NCBI GenBank assembly: GCA_018699495.1
Contig: JABIQV010000137.1
Span: 6,880 to 70,879 of the forward strand
DNA length: 64,000 nucleotides
Direction of reading: 5' to 3'
DNA from: a bacterium
Lineage (GTDB): Bacteria; Margulisbacteria; Marinamargulisbacteria; JABIPA01
The first letter of the stretch is position 1. Every line of letters starts with the position of its first letter. The translations under genes and the position numbers were made by a program. This document shows, in pieces, positions 18,521-27,443 of the stretch. Under the pieces are notes generated by a model. The model ran no database searches. It was not told where the DNA came from and was given only the letters and a program-made list of their open reading frames with translations.

Positions 18521-20064
18521 AAAGCATATTAATTGTACGTCCAGATGCAATAGGGGACGTCGTGTTAATGACCCCTATGTTACAGAGATTAAAAGCATAT
18601 TACCCATCTGCTCAACTGACGATTTTACTTCAAAATTATACCGTTCCACTATTATCTGAACATAACGACGTGTTCCAAATAATTGGAGATTGGAAAAAGG
18701 AAGGACGTGCAAAAGGTGTTGTAGGTTTTTTTAACTATGTAAAAGAAATTCGTTCGCATAATTTTGATTGTGTTATTTTTTCATATATAGATGCGTATTA
18801 CGTGAAGTTATGTTTTTTTGCAGGAATTCCGTGTCGAATTGGTGACGGAAATAGGGTGAGTACTCGATTATTTTTAACACATAAAATGAATCAGTCGTTT
18901 AGAAATCTTTTTTGTCATGAAGTTGAGCAAAATTTTTCTCTTTTGGAGCCTTTGGGTATATCGTGGTCATTGGAGAAATGTGATGAGCCAATATCCAGAA
19001 TAGTCGCAAATTTTAAAACACCTGCTTCATCAGATATTCAAAGAATATTAGTCGAGAATGGGTGGGACCGAAAACAGTCTTTAATAATTATTCATCCGTC
19101 TTCTGGTGGAGGCAACCGAGCTTGGAAACCGGAACTTTATGGGATGTTAATTGATTTAGTACATGAGCACACAAAACATAAAGTAGTTCTGACAGGCGCA
19201 GGTAGGGCAGAAACAAAAATTGTCGATGTTGTTTTGAAAAATTGCAAATCCACTGTGATCAATTTGGTGAATAAAACCACATTACATGAGTTAATGGACT
19301 TGGTGCAGGTGGTTGAATGCGTAATAGGTACTGATACTGGGCCCACTCATATTGCGGCAGCATATGGATGTCGGGTTTTATCTGTATCCCCAACTAAATT
19401 TGTAAAAGCGATGAGGTGGGGTCCCTGGTTAACCAACTCCGCGATTGTAAGTAAGTCCTCTGGGTGCAAAGAAGTTTGTTTCCCATACAAATGCAGATTG
19501 GACGATTGTTTAGTTGCTATACAGCCGGTAGACGTATTAAATAGCTTGGTAAAGCTATTAGGTGAAGGTAGGGTTTGTTTTTCCAAGATGACCGAGACTC
19601 ATCAATTTAATGAGGGTGGTGATACATTCCAATTAATTCAAAAAAATAAAATGGATTGGTTTAAGTCGTCGGGAAAAATTTTATTATTTATTACACCTGA
19701 ATCAGAGGTTGGGGTGATAACCTACTATTTAGAGCTTTTTGAGACGAATGGTATCGATGTTAAAATCGCAACACGGCATAGGTTGAAAGAATTGTCCGTC
19801 GATAGTGACGCTATTTATTCTAAATATAGGCACAAAATACAGAAAATAGGGCTTATTCAGTTTATTAGGTTTATTAGTAAAGAAAATATTATTGTAATTC
19901 ATGGCCTAAATTTGAATTGGGGATGGAAATGGTTTTTAATAAAGCAATTGGCCGCATTATTTGTTTATTGTCCTCCTATTTTATTTGATCAAAGGGATAA
20001 AAAATTGATGGACTGGCAGCTGCTTTTTAATGCGTATCAGATGTTATATAGAGTTCAGAAATAG
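18517..20064 (+). CDS. glycosyltransferase family 9 (heptosyltransferase-like) with about 170-aa C-terminal extension
   Basis: MKSILIVRPDAIGDVVLMTPMLQRLK, IIHPSSGGGNRAWK, GTDTGPTHIAAAYG. The extension (KILLFITPESEVGVITYYLELFETNGIDVKI) resembles a GT4 N-terminal Rossmann half. Confidence 0.7.
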   Translation: MKSILIVRPDAIGDVVLMTPMLQRLKAYYPSAQLTILLQNYTVPLLSEHNDVFQIIGDWKKEGRAKGVVGFFNYVKEIRSHNFDCVIFSYIDAYYVKLCFFAGIPCRIGDGNRVSTRLFLTHKMNQSFRNLFCHEVEQNFSLLEPLGISWSLEKCDEPISRIVANFKTPASSDIQRILVENGWDRKQSLIIIHPSSGGGNRAWKPELYGMLIDLVHEHTKHKVVLTGAGRAETKIVDVVLKNCKSTVINLVNKTTLHELMDLVQVVECVIGTDTGPTHIAAAYGCRVLSVSPTKFVKAMRWGPWLTNSAIVSKSSGCKEVCFPYKCRLDDCLVAIQPVDVLNSLVKLLGEGRVCFSKMTETHQFNEGGDTFQLIQKNKMDWFKSSGKILLFITPESEVGVITYYLELFETNGIDVKIATRHRLKELSVDSDAIYSKYRHKIQKIGLIQFIRFISKENIIVIHGLNLNWGWKWFLIKQLAALFVYCPPILFDQRDKKLMDWQLLFNAYQMLYRVQK

Positions 20065-20079
20065 ATGGGGTAGGGATCT

Positions 20080-21432
20080 TTACCTTTTAGTTTTTTCTTT
20101 AACACTTTCAAACTCCATAGAATCCACAATGACTTGTAATAAATAATGAAGAACGGGAAAACGCATGAACCATCCTAACGATGCGTAGGCTAAATTGATA
20201 TGGTCAAAACAGCAGGAAATTGCAGTTACACTTTTAAATTCCATTCCATTATGATCAATATATGTAACTTGAGTTAATTTGTTCCCTGGGTAATCAGTAT
20301 CAAATTTAATGTCGAGATTGACGGCGTTAGATTTTAAAAACCACGTTCGAAATTGTTCGCATTGACTACAGTTTAATTTAAAATAGACGACCCCTTTTGG
20401 AATATCCTTCGGTTTCCATAAAAACATCCATTTTGGAACAATAGATTTATAAGTAAGCCATTCTTCTCCGAATCGGGTATCCATGTCGGATCCTTCATGA
20501 AAGTCCGATATTCCAATGACAAACAAAATAGATACAATAAAACCAATTAAAAAATAAAAAGAAGAATAAGAAATGCTTAACACTATAAATAATAACGTGT
20601 AGGACCATTGTATGGGGTTTTTGCAATAAGCATACACGCCTGTTCTAACTAATTTTTTTGTCGGGTCAAAAGGAAACGGAGTTCCATCACCTTTTGTAAC
20701 TAAATCATTTACGGCAGCTAAGGCAGGAAAAACTACAATAAAAAGTATCTGAAATTCTATGGATGACCATTCGAACGAAAGGTTGGGGAGCAAGCCATAT
20801 GCATTTAAAAGTAATGGAATTCCTAGTATGGTCGCAGTCCCAATTGTAATCACCTGTAATATAGATCGAAGACCTAAATATTTATTGTTGTAGCTGCAAT
20901 AGGCCCAAAAATACCCAGGAACGAATACAATAGCAATTAATGAGAGTTCTCCAAGTATCCAGTACGAGTTGAACTTTATAAGACCGATGTCTTGCAGCAC
21001 AGGCATAGTACATATATCAATCCAAAATAGAGAAATAGCTATTAGAAACAGATGTCGGCCTTTGAAAAAAAGAACAGGAAGTACGCCCCAAAAAAAAATC
21101 CAGATAAAATAAAGGTCAGGTGGAATGTGTAAGGAAGGGATCTTGGAAACTGTAAATTGCCATAATCCTAAGTCAGCACACATATAGTTTGTAAAAAATA
21201 ACATGACCACCATATACAAACTTGCGTAAAAAACAGCCCAGTTTGTTTTGGTATTTTGATTATTTCGTAGAAAGAAATAGCTTAATGCGATTAATACAAA
21301 TGTGACGAGAATATTTCGGATGATGGAATGGTTTGCTGTAAGAAAAACAATGTGATGTTCTTGAATTGAACTATTAAGTTTGACTATCTGAAAGACCCAT
21401 TGAGCAGTTTCTAATATTGATGAAAAAGACAT
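20080..21432 (-). CDS. three-part fusion: polytopic membrane domain + ICMT/PEMT-like methyltransferase + DCC (DUF393) thiol-disulfide oxidoreductase-like domain
   Basis: Methyltransferase signature VRTGVYAYCKNPIQWSYT ... FGEEWLTYKSIVPKWMF (the RTGxYxxxRHPxY ... EExxLxxxFGxxYxxYxxxVPR pattern). C-terminal VVYFKLNCSQCEQFRTWF (DCC-type CxxC). Confidence 0.5.
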   Translation of the reverse strand: MSFSSILETAQWVFQIVKLNSSIQEHHIVFLTANHSIIRNILVTFVLIALSYFFLRNNQNTKTNWAVFYASLYMVVMLFFTNYMCADLGLWQFTVSKIPSLHIPPDLYFIWIFFWGVLPVLFFKGRHLFLIAISLFWIDICTMPVLQDIGLIKFNSYWILGELSLIAIVFVPGYFWAYCSYNNKYLGLRSILQVITIGTATILGIPLLLNAYGLLPNLSFEWSSIEFQILFIVVFPALAAVNDLVTKGDGTPFPFDPTKKLVRTGVYAYCKNPIQWSYTLLFIVLSISYSSFYFLIGFIVSILFVIGISDFHEGSDMDTRFGEEWLTYKSIVPKWMFLWKPKDIPKGVVYFKLNCSQCEQFRTWFLKSNAVNLDIKFDTDYPGNKLTQVTYIDHNGMEFKSVTAISCCFDHINLAYASLGWFMRFPVLHYLLQVIVDSMEFESVKEKTKR

Positions 21433-21461
21433 TAAAAATTATCTAGGTTTTTAATTTGGTT

Positions 21462-22382
21462 CTAACCAAAGTAATGATCAATAAGGTATTGATTCATCAA
21501 TCCGACAGCATATTTTTCAATGGGCTCGAAGTACCATTTGGGGCCTAAGTCGCAGGTAAAATTACTCACCCAAATTACTTCTGTTTGGTTTTCTCCTTTA
21601 TCGATAAGGGTCACATCAATAGTTGACCACGTTAACCAGTGACCAATATGAGTAGTATCTTTAATAACGTTAAATGTAACGCTAGTTTTATCCCGTTCAA
21701 CAATTTTCAAAGAGAGAGTCCCTATTCCCTTAGTTTTTGATTCAAATTGGATATCGCGTGTATCGCCAATTTCTGTTCCTACGCCTGCAATATCGATAGG
21801 AGTAGGGAACCCAATTTTAAAAAATGGAGGGTAATTGTCTTTAAATTTTTGCTGTGTTTTAAATGCATCTATAGATACATTTTTATTGAATGTGATCGAT
21901 GTTTGTACAGATTGAACCGTTGGAGGCAATATGTCTTTATGAGGTTGAGCAATTACAATAATTATAGGAATAAAAAGAATTGAGAAGAGTTTTGATTTAT
22001 TTTTTGAGGTCAGACGTTTATACATCAAAATAATCAGAGCGGATATCCCATAAAAAAGAGGTGCTGCCATAATGATGCAAACCAGTCCTTCTCCAAATAA
22101 AATAGATGAAAGTAAAAGAAAGTATGTGATCGCCTTAAAAACAGTTGCTTTGGCAGTTTTGGGTGGTTTTGAAAATTTAATCATTATTAATGTGATTAAC
22201 GTAGGAAGTCCAATAAGGAGGACAAATAAAGCACTAGACGCTTGCCAGAAATCATTAATCATCCTGTAATAAAAGCTCGCGGCCGCTAATGCAATAACGA
22301 TTGCAATAAATTCAGACTTTTTACGATTTTTAAATATATTTTTGATTAAATTAATTTTCACATTTTTAGAGGTATAGTTCAA
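21462..22382 (-). CDS. membrane protein with C-terminal SRPBCC/START-like soluble domain (uncharacterised)
   Basis: Four N-terminal TM helices, then a beta-rich domain (TVTFNVIKDTTHIGHWLTWSTIDVTLIDKGENQTEVIWVSNF). Likely co-transcribed with the downstream methyltransferase-DCC gene. Confidence 0.35.
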   Translation of the reverse strand: MNYTSKNVKINLIKNIFKNRKKSEFIAIVIALAAASFYYRMINDFWQASSALFVLLIGLPTLITLIMIKFSKPPKTAKATVFKAITYFLLLSSILFGEGLVCIIMAAPLFYGISALIILMYKRLTSKNKSKLFSILFIPIIIVIAQPHKDILPPTVQSVQTSITFNKNVSIDAFKTQQKFKDNYPPFFKIGFPTPIDIAGVGTEIGDTRDIQFESKTKGIGTLSLKIVERDKTSVTFNVIKDTTHIGHWLTWSTIDVTLIDKGENQTEVIWVSNFTCDLGPKWYFEPIEKYAVGLMNQYLIDHYFG

Positions 22383-22556
22383 TTAGGTTTAGGGTAGAAA
22401 AGCACTTTATACACTTAGTTGTAAGTGAAGGTTCCTTAGGCTTTTAACGAAAAGTATAGGGTTCTTTTCAAAGAGATAACACGTGATACGATACATTTAT
22501 TCAACTTTATTGATGTCTATTTTTTGTTTTTTTGATATGATAGCCAAGAACAATTT

Positions 22557-23819
22557 ATGAGTGATAGTCAAAAATATAATTCAGAATCCACAACCCCAAT
22601 CTCCGAGTCTAATGACAAGAATCATGTGTCAAAACCGAAGTCATTAAAAAAGCAGTTTCTTACAATATTTTTAGTTGTCGCTACCGAGTTAATAGGCTTT
22701 GGACTAATAATTCCGGTTTTACCTTTAATTGGTGCAACGTATGATGTAAACCCTTTGATGTTAGGTGTTTTAATGGCGTCTTATTCATTTATGCAATTTA
22801 TTTCGGCACCAATCCTAGGAGCCTTATCAGATAAATACGGCAGAAAGCCAGTTTTAGTTTTAAGTAAACTAGGGACTGTTTTTGCGTATGCCGTTCTGGC
22901 TATAGCTCAGTCATATTGGTTGATTTTGATTTCACGATTAATTGATGGGTTCACTGGTGGAAATGTTACGACTGCGAGGGCCTATATTTCTGATATAACG
23001 ACGCCAGAAAATAGGTCGAAGGGCATGGCAATTATCGGAATATCTTTTGGGGTTGGGTTTATTTTGGGACCATCACTTGGAAGTGTTTTGTATGGAACAC
23101 AGTATGGGTACATGTTACCTGCTGCGGTCGCTGGGGGACTGTCATTTGTAGCGATGATTTTGACTATATTTTTAATAGAGGAACCTGACCATAGAACGAA
23201 AACATCGTCAGCATTAAAGCAGTTATTAAATGGGGGGAAGTTATTTAAGAACAAAACCGTTTTGCTAGTATGTGCCCTTCAATTAATCTTTTTAGTGATG
23301 TTTTCTGGATTTGAAACATCGTTCGCCTTTTACACTAATAAAATATTTGGCTACGACGAACAGAAAAACAGCGTATTGTTTATCTATGTTGGATTACTTG
23401 CGTTGTTTATTCAGGGTTATTTTTCTCAAAAAACGGTTAACAAATTTAAAGGACGAATTTCAGTCGGAATAATATGTGCGTTAATTGGATTAGGAGCCAT
23501 GGGCTTTCTTAGTAATATTTGGATTCTTTTAGTTGCGTTAGCATTTCTTTCTCTAGGGTTCAGTTTAGTTAATACGTATTTGCCATCGTTAATGTCAGTT
23601 GTGCTTCCGGAAAATCTTCGGGGCGTTGGTATGGGAATATACGAAGGCGTTGGAAGTCTCAGTCGAATCATCGGTCCGTTGGTGGCGTTTGCTTTAATTT
23701 CTTTTTCTTTAAGAGGCTATTATTTAATTTTAGCAGGGGTTTTGGTGATAGGTGTTTGTTTTTTTATTTTGTTATATAAAGATAGTCCTCAACTTGAAAA
23801 CAATGAGTCAACGACTTAA
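22557..23819 (+). CDS. MFS transporter (drug/H+ antiporter-like, 12 TM)
   Basis: MFS motif A LSDKYGRKPVLVLS between TM2 and TM3. 12 predicted helices. Confidence 0.8.
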   Translation: MSDSQKYNSESTTPISESNDKNHVSKPKSLKKQFLTIFLVVATELIGFGLIIPVLPLIGATYDVNPLMLGVLMASYSFMQFISAPILGALSDKYGRKPVLVLSKLGTVFAYAVLAIAQSYWLILISRLIDGFTGGNVTTARAYISDITTPENRSKGMAIIGISFGVGFILGPSLGSVLYGTQYGYMLPAAVAGGLSFVAMILTIFLIEEPDHRTKTSSALKQLLNGGKLFKNKTVLLVCALQLIFLVMFSGFETSFAFYTNKIFGYDEQKNSVLFIYVGLLALFIQGYFSQKTVNKFKGRISVGIICALIGLGAMGFLSNIWILLVALAFLSLGFSLVNTYLPSLMSVVLPENLRGVGMGIYEGVGSLSRIIGPLVAFALISFSLRGYYLILAGVLVIGVCFFILLYKDSPQLENNESTT

Positions 23820-24687
23820 TCAATCCGTCACTTTTAGGGGAGTAGGTATCCATTCAGGGAGGCCTGTGACGTTAACTATTCATCCGTCAAAATTAGGGTC
23901 GGGAATAGTATTTGAGCGCAAAGACAAGAGTGGCTATCAAATTCCACTGACGATTGATACGCTTCACACCGCCAACCGGTCAACAATTATTCGTAAGGGG
24001 GACGTAATTATTCAAACTCCCGAACACTTTTTATCCGCGTTATATGGCTTAGAAATTAGAGACGCTAGACTAGAGCTAGATTCAGATGAATGCCCAATAT
24101 TAAATGGTTCAGCAGACGGGATTGTTCATAAATTGGTGGCAAGTAACCTAGGTGATACCCAGGTAATAAACGAATTGGTTCATAACAGTATTTCCAACCA
24201 GGTTGGGTCGACGATAGATGTTGAGCATAGTCTAACTATTGATAAATCTCATTATGTGACTTGTGGAGAGGACAAAGAAAAATCCTTTTTAATTTTACCG
24301 TCCGATGTATGTCGCATCACTTACATATTAGAATACAGTGATTCATTTGTTGGCAATCAGATTGCAGATATTGTAGTCACTAAAAATAGTTATGAAAATC
24401 AGATATGTATGTGCCGAACGTACGGATTTGAGCATGAGATTTTGGCCTTAATCGACCGAGGTTTGATAAAAGGAGCGAGTTTAGAAAATGCTATCTTGGT
24501 TAAAGAAAATAGTTTTAGCACCGATTTAAAGTTTCCAAACGAACTTGCTCTGCATAAGATATTGGACCTTTTAGGAGATATTGCGGTACTCGGGGCATCT
24601 GTAAACGGTCATATAATTGCACGAAAAACGGGACATTTAGAAAATATTATATTGGCAAAATATTTGGTAAATCTACAAAAAGGGTGA
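23803..24687 (+). CDS. lpxC: UDP-3-O-acyl-N-acetylglucosamine deacetylase
   Basis: MSQRLNQSVTFRGVGIHSGRPVTLTIHPS ... HFLSALYGLEIRDARLELDSDECPILNGSA ... GHLENIILAKYL. Clear LpxC motifs including the zinc-binding His/Asp. The tool ORF extends upstream, but the ATG at about 23803 fits the family N-terminus. Confidence 0.9.
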   Translation: MSQRLNQSVTFRGVGIHSGRPVTLTIHPSKLGSGIVFERKDKSGYQIPLTIDTLHTANRSTIIRKGDVIIQTPEHFLSALYGLEIRDARLELDSDECPILNGSADGIVHKLVASNLGDTQVINELVHNSISNQVGSTIDVEHSLTIDKSHYVTCGEDKEKSFLILPSDVCRITYILEYSDSFVGNQIADIVVTKNSYENQICMCRTYGFEHEILALIDRGLIKGASLENAILVKENSFSTDLKFPNELALHKILDLLGDIAVLGASVNGHIIARKTGHLENIILAKYLVNLQKG

Positions 24688-24688
24688 C

Positions 24689-25009
24689 TTAAAGTCCTAG
24701 CATTTTTTGTTCCATAATAAGTAGTTTTTTAATTTTCTTTTTTAGTTTTTGAGCAATGACCTCTGGAGTCTCTACTTCTTCTTCCGGAACCATGTGTTTA
24801 CCCTGTTCAATGGGGTCTTTGTCTTTCAGAAAATGTTCTTTTTCTAAGTCATCAGGAGCGACAATTTTTTTTTTTAATTGTTCTTTTTTATTAAATGAAT
24901 TTTCTAAAACACTTCCAAATTGAGTAGCAATATAATTATCTTTGTTTACAGAATGTTTGTGGTTTGACGCATTTATACTAGCAGATTCGCTACCTATCTT
25001 TGATGACAT
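24689..25009 (-). CDS. hypothetical charged coiled-coil small protein (third gene of a three-gene small-ORF operon)
   Basis: 106 aa, Lys/Glu-rich (EEEVETPEVIAQKLKKKIKKLL). 5-nt gap to the upstream ORF. Confidence 0.4.
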   Translation of the reverse strand: MSSKIGSESASINASNHKHSVNKDNYIATQFGSVLENSFNKKEQLKKKIVAPDDLEKEHFLKDKDPIEQGKHMVPEEEVETPEVIAQKLKKKIKKLLIMEQKMLGL

Positions 25010-25014
25010 GGTGG

Positions 25015-25257
25015 TTAGATATATATCCCGTTGGAGTCTGATTCGTTAAAATGAGACGTCCCGGAAGGATTAACTTGATTGGATATTTGGTTGCCAAATG
25101 ATGATTTAATATCGTTTACGATAGCAGGATCAACATCTAATTGATCGAGTAGTCGATAGATATGCTCAGACGTTTTGTTTGGTTTAAAGAAATCTGGATT
25201 ATAGTCCGATTGCATTTTTTCAGTATTCGGAAATTGTTCCGTATACAAGTTAGCCAA
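25015..25257 (-). CDS. hypothetical acidic small protein (second gene of the operon)
   Basis: 80 aa. Overlaps the upstream ORF by 8 nt. Confidence 0.4.
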   Translation of the reverse strand: MANLYTEQFPNTEKMQSDYNPDFFKPNKTSEHIYRLLDQLDVDPAIVNDIKSSFGNQISNQVNPSGTSHFNESDSNGIYI

Positions 25258-25573
25258 TTTTATTCACCTCAGGCTTAATTAAGAGATTTTGGGCAAATGA
25301 CAATGCTTCTTGTTTTTTTGTAGGAATAGCAAGAATAGATTCTTTAACTATCTTAACCATTTTAGAATCGTTCTTTGATAATTGTTTTCCAATTACACCC
25401 TCAATTTTTAATGCGATCATGACTTCGGTTAAAATGATTTTACCTTCATCCGTGCCAATGTAGGGCAGAATATTTTTTAAAATAGACTTAAATTTGAGCT
25501 CATTCTCAGGATTTCTCATGAGAAAGTTGCTTGGTTTGTTTTTTGCTAACGCTTTTGATGAGTTGTCATTCAC
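25250..25573 (-). CDS. hypothetical small protein (first gene of the operon)
   Basis: 107 aa. Divergent from glpD with a 150-bp shared promoter region. Confidence 0.4.
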   Translation of the reverse strand: MNDNSSKALAKNKPSNFLMRNPENELKFKSILKNILPYIGTDEGKIILTEVMIALKIEGVIGKQLSKNDSKMVKIVKESILAIPTKKQEALSFAQNLLIKPEVNKIG

Positions 25574-25748
25574 AATTATTACCTCTTTTAAGTTTAAAGA
25601 ATCGACCTTATTATAGTAACCTAATTTTAGATGAATTCCTTATAAATAAAGTATCGTAAAAATATAGTCTGAATTTGCATTGATTTTTTGTGATGGGTTG
25701 GTGCTAAAAAGGGAATATGAATAAGTGAAGTTTTTTAATAGAAGAGTA

Positions 25749-27443
25749 ATGGGGACACCGATGTCTTACGATGTCGTAATTGTTGGTGGGGGAATAAATG
25801 GGTGTGCGTTAGCTAGGGAACTTTCGTTAAGAAATTTTTCGGTTTGTTTGATAGAAAAAGGAGACTTTAGTTCTGGAACAAGTTCAGCATCGTCAAAACT
25901 TGCTCATGGGGGACTCCGATATTTAGAACAATACCAATTTTCTTTGGTGAGAGAGTCTATAAAAGAGCGTTCTAACTTGCTTGAAAATGCGGCCCATTTG
26001 GTAAAGCCATTACCATTTCTTTTTCCAGTATATCAAAATCAGATATCCAGTATTAAATTAAGAGCAGGGTTATTTCTCTATGACTGTCTTAGTTTTGGGC
26101 GTGGGATAAAGAGATTCAGGTGGCTTGGTAAAAACGAACGGGCCTTAAAGAATTTGAAGAGCATCGGGTTAAAAGGGGCGGCTAGATATTATGACGCTCA
26201 AATGCAAGACTCTCGGATTGTTTTAGAAAATGTTTTGGATGCCAACAAACATGGGGCGGATTGTTTCAATTACTGTGAAGTGATGTCTTTTAAAAAAATC
26301 GGAAACAAAATTCAGTCATGCCAAGTTTTGGATCTGCTCACCCATAGTGAGTCAATTATTAGTGGCAAATTATTTTTTTTAACAGTGGGGCCGTGGACGG
26401 ACAAGGTGATATCGCGGATACCAGGAGAGACTCATTCCCCTTTATTAAAACCAAGTAGAGGGATACATATCATTTTAAAGAAGAAGATAGTGGAAGAAGC
26501 CGTCGTTATTCCTAATTTGCAGGACGGGCGACTTATATTTGTGATTCCTTGGGAGGGCAAAACATTAGTCGGTACGACGGACTTTCCTATTGGTGGAGAT
26601 ATAGACGCAGACAAAGCGTCTTCGAGTGAAATTTGCTATTTGCTTCAACAATTGACATCGATTTTTGAGGGTCTTGATTTAACTTGCGCATCTATATCGG
26701 GAATAATGTCTGGGATTAGGCCTTTGGTGGATCAAAAAGAAAAGGACCTTCAGTCTGTATCGAGAGAACATCGGTTTATTCAAATTAAAGAAAACCTAAT
26801 TAGTTTAGTGGGTGGAAAATTTACGACGTATAGAAAAATTGCTGAAGAGGCTGCTCACGCTGTTCATTTAAAGTTTGGACTCAAAGAATCGTTCGAGTCG
26901 TTAACAAATAATTGCCCAATATATGTTCGGGATTCAGAGAGGTCAAAAAGGGACGCTGGCTATTTAGCTAAGGATTCTGAAGGTAAGATCCCCGGCAACG
27001 ATAGTATGTTAGATGATAGCTTTATCATTGGAGATAAGAGGAATGAAACTTATTTGAGAGATTTATCAAAAGAACAGAAACAGCTTTCAGAAACATATGG
27101 TAAATCGGTAGGTGGCATTATAGAAATAATGGATAGAGATAGGTCGTCGACGTTATTGATATCTGGAACGACTGTGTATAGAGCAGAAATAATATACGCA
27201 ATTCAAAATGAATTTTGTCTAAAAATTATGGATTTTATAAGAAGGCGTACGACGTTGTATTTTGATTTGTTTGAAAATGAACGTATCTTGCATGAAGTGG
27301 CAGATATTTTTCAACAGCAGTTGAACTGGTCTGATGAGTACAAGCGTAGAGACATTATGGAGGTAGTAAGCCAGTTACATGGCGAACGTGAAATTATAAA
27401 TAAAGGCGTTGAACAATTTATCAGGGACGGGAACAATGAATAA
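25749..27443 (+). CDS. glpD: FAD-dependent glycerol-3-phosphate dehydrogenase
   Basis: YDVVIVGGGINGCALARELSLRNFSVCLIEKGDFSSGTSSASSKLAHGGLRYLEQ (FAD-binding GxGxxG and GGLRY motifs of GlpD/GlpA). C-terminal alpha-helical domain. Start could be GTG 25725, ATG 25749 or ATG 25761. Confidence 0.8.
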   Translation: MGTPMSYDVVIVGGGINGCALARELSLRNFSVCLIEKGDFSSGTSSASSKLAHGGLRYLEQYQFSLVRESIKERSNLLENAAHLVKPLPFLFPVYQNQISSIKLRAGLFLYDCLSFGRGIKRFRWLGKNERALKNLKSIGLKGAARYYDAQMQDSRIVLENVLDANKHGADCFNYCEVMSFKKIGNKIQSCQVLDLLTHSESIISGKLFFLTVGPWTDKVISRIPGETHSPLLKPSRGIHIILKKKIVEEAVVIPNLQDGRLIFVIPWEGKTLVGTTDFPIGGDIDADKASSSEICYLLQQLTSIFEGLDLTCASISGIMSGIRPLVDQKEKDLQSVSREHRFIQIKENLISLVGGKFTTYRKIAEEAAHAVHLKFGLKESFESLTNNCPIYVRDSERSKRDAGYLAKDSEGKIPGNDSMLDDSFIIGDKRNETYLRDLSKEQKQLSETYGKSVGGIIEIMDRDRSSTLLISGTTVYRAEIIYAIQNEFCLKIMDFIRRRTTLYFDLFENERILHEVADIFQQQLNWSDEYKRRDIMEVVSQLHGEREIINKGVEQFIRDGNNE

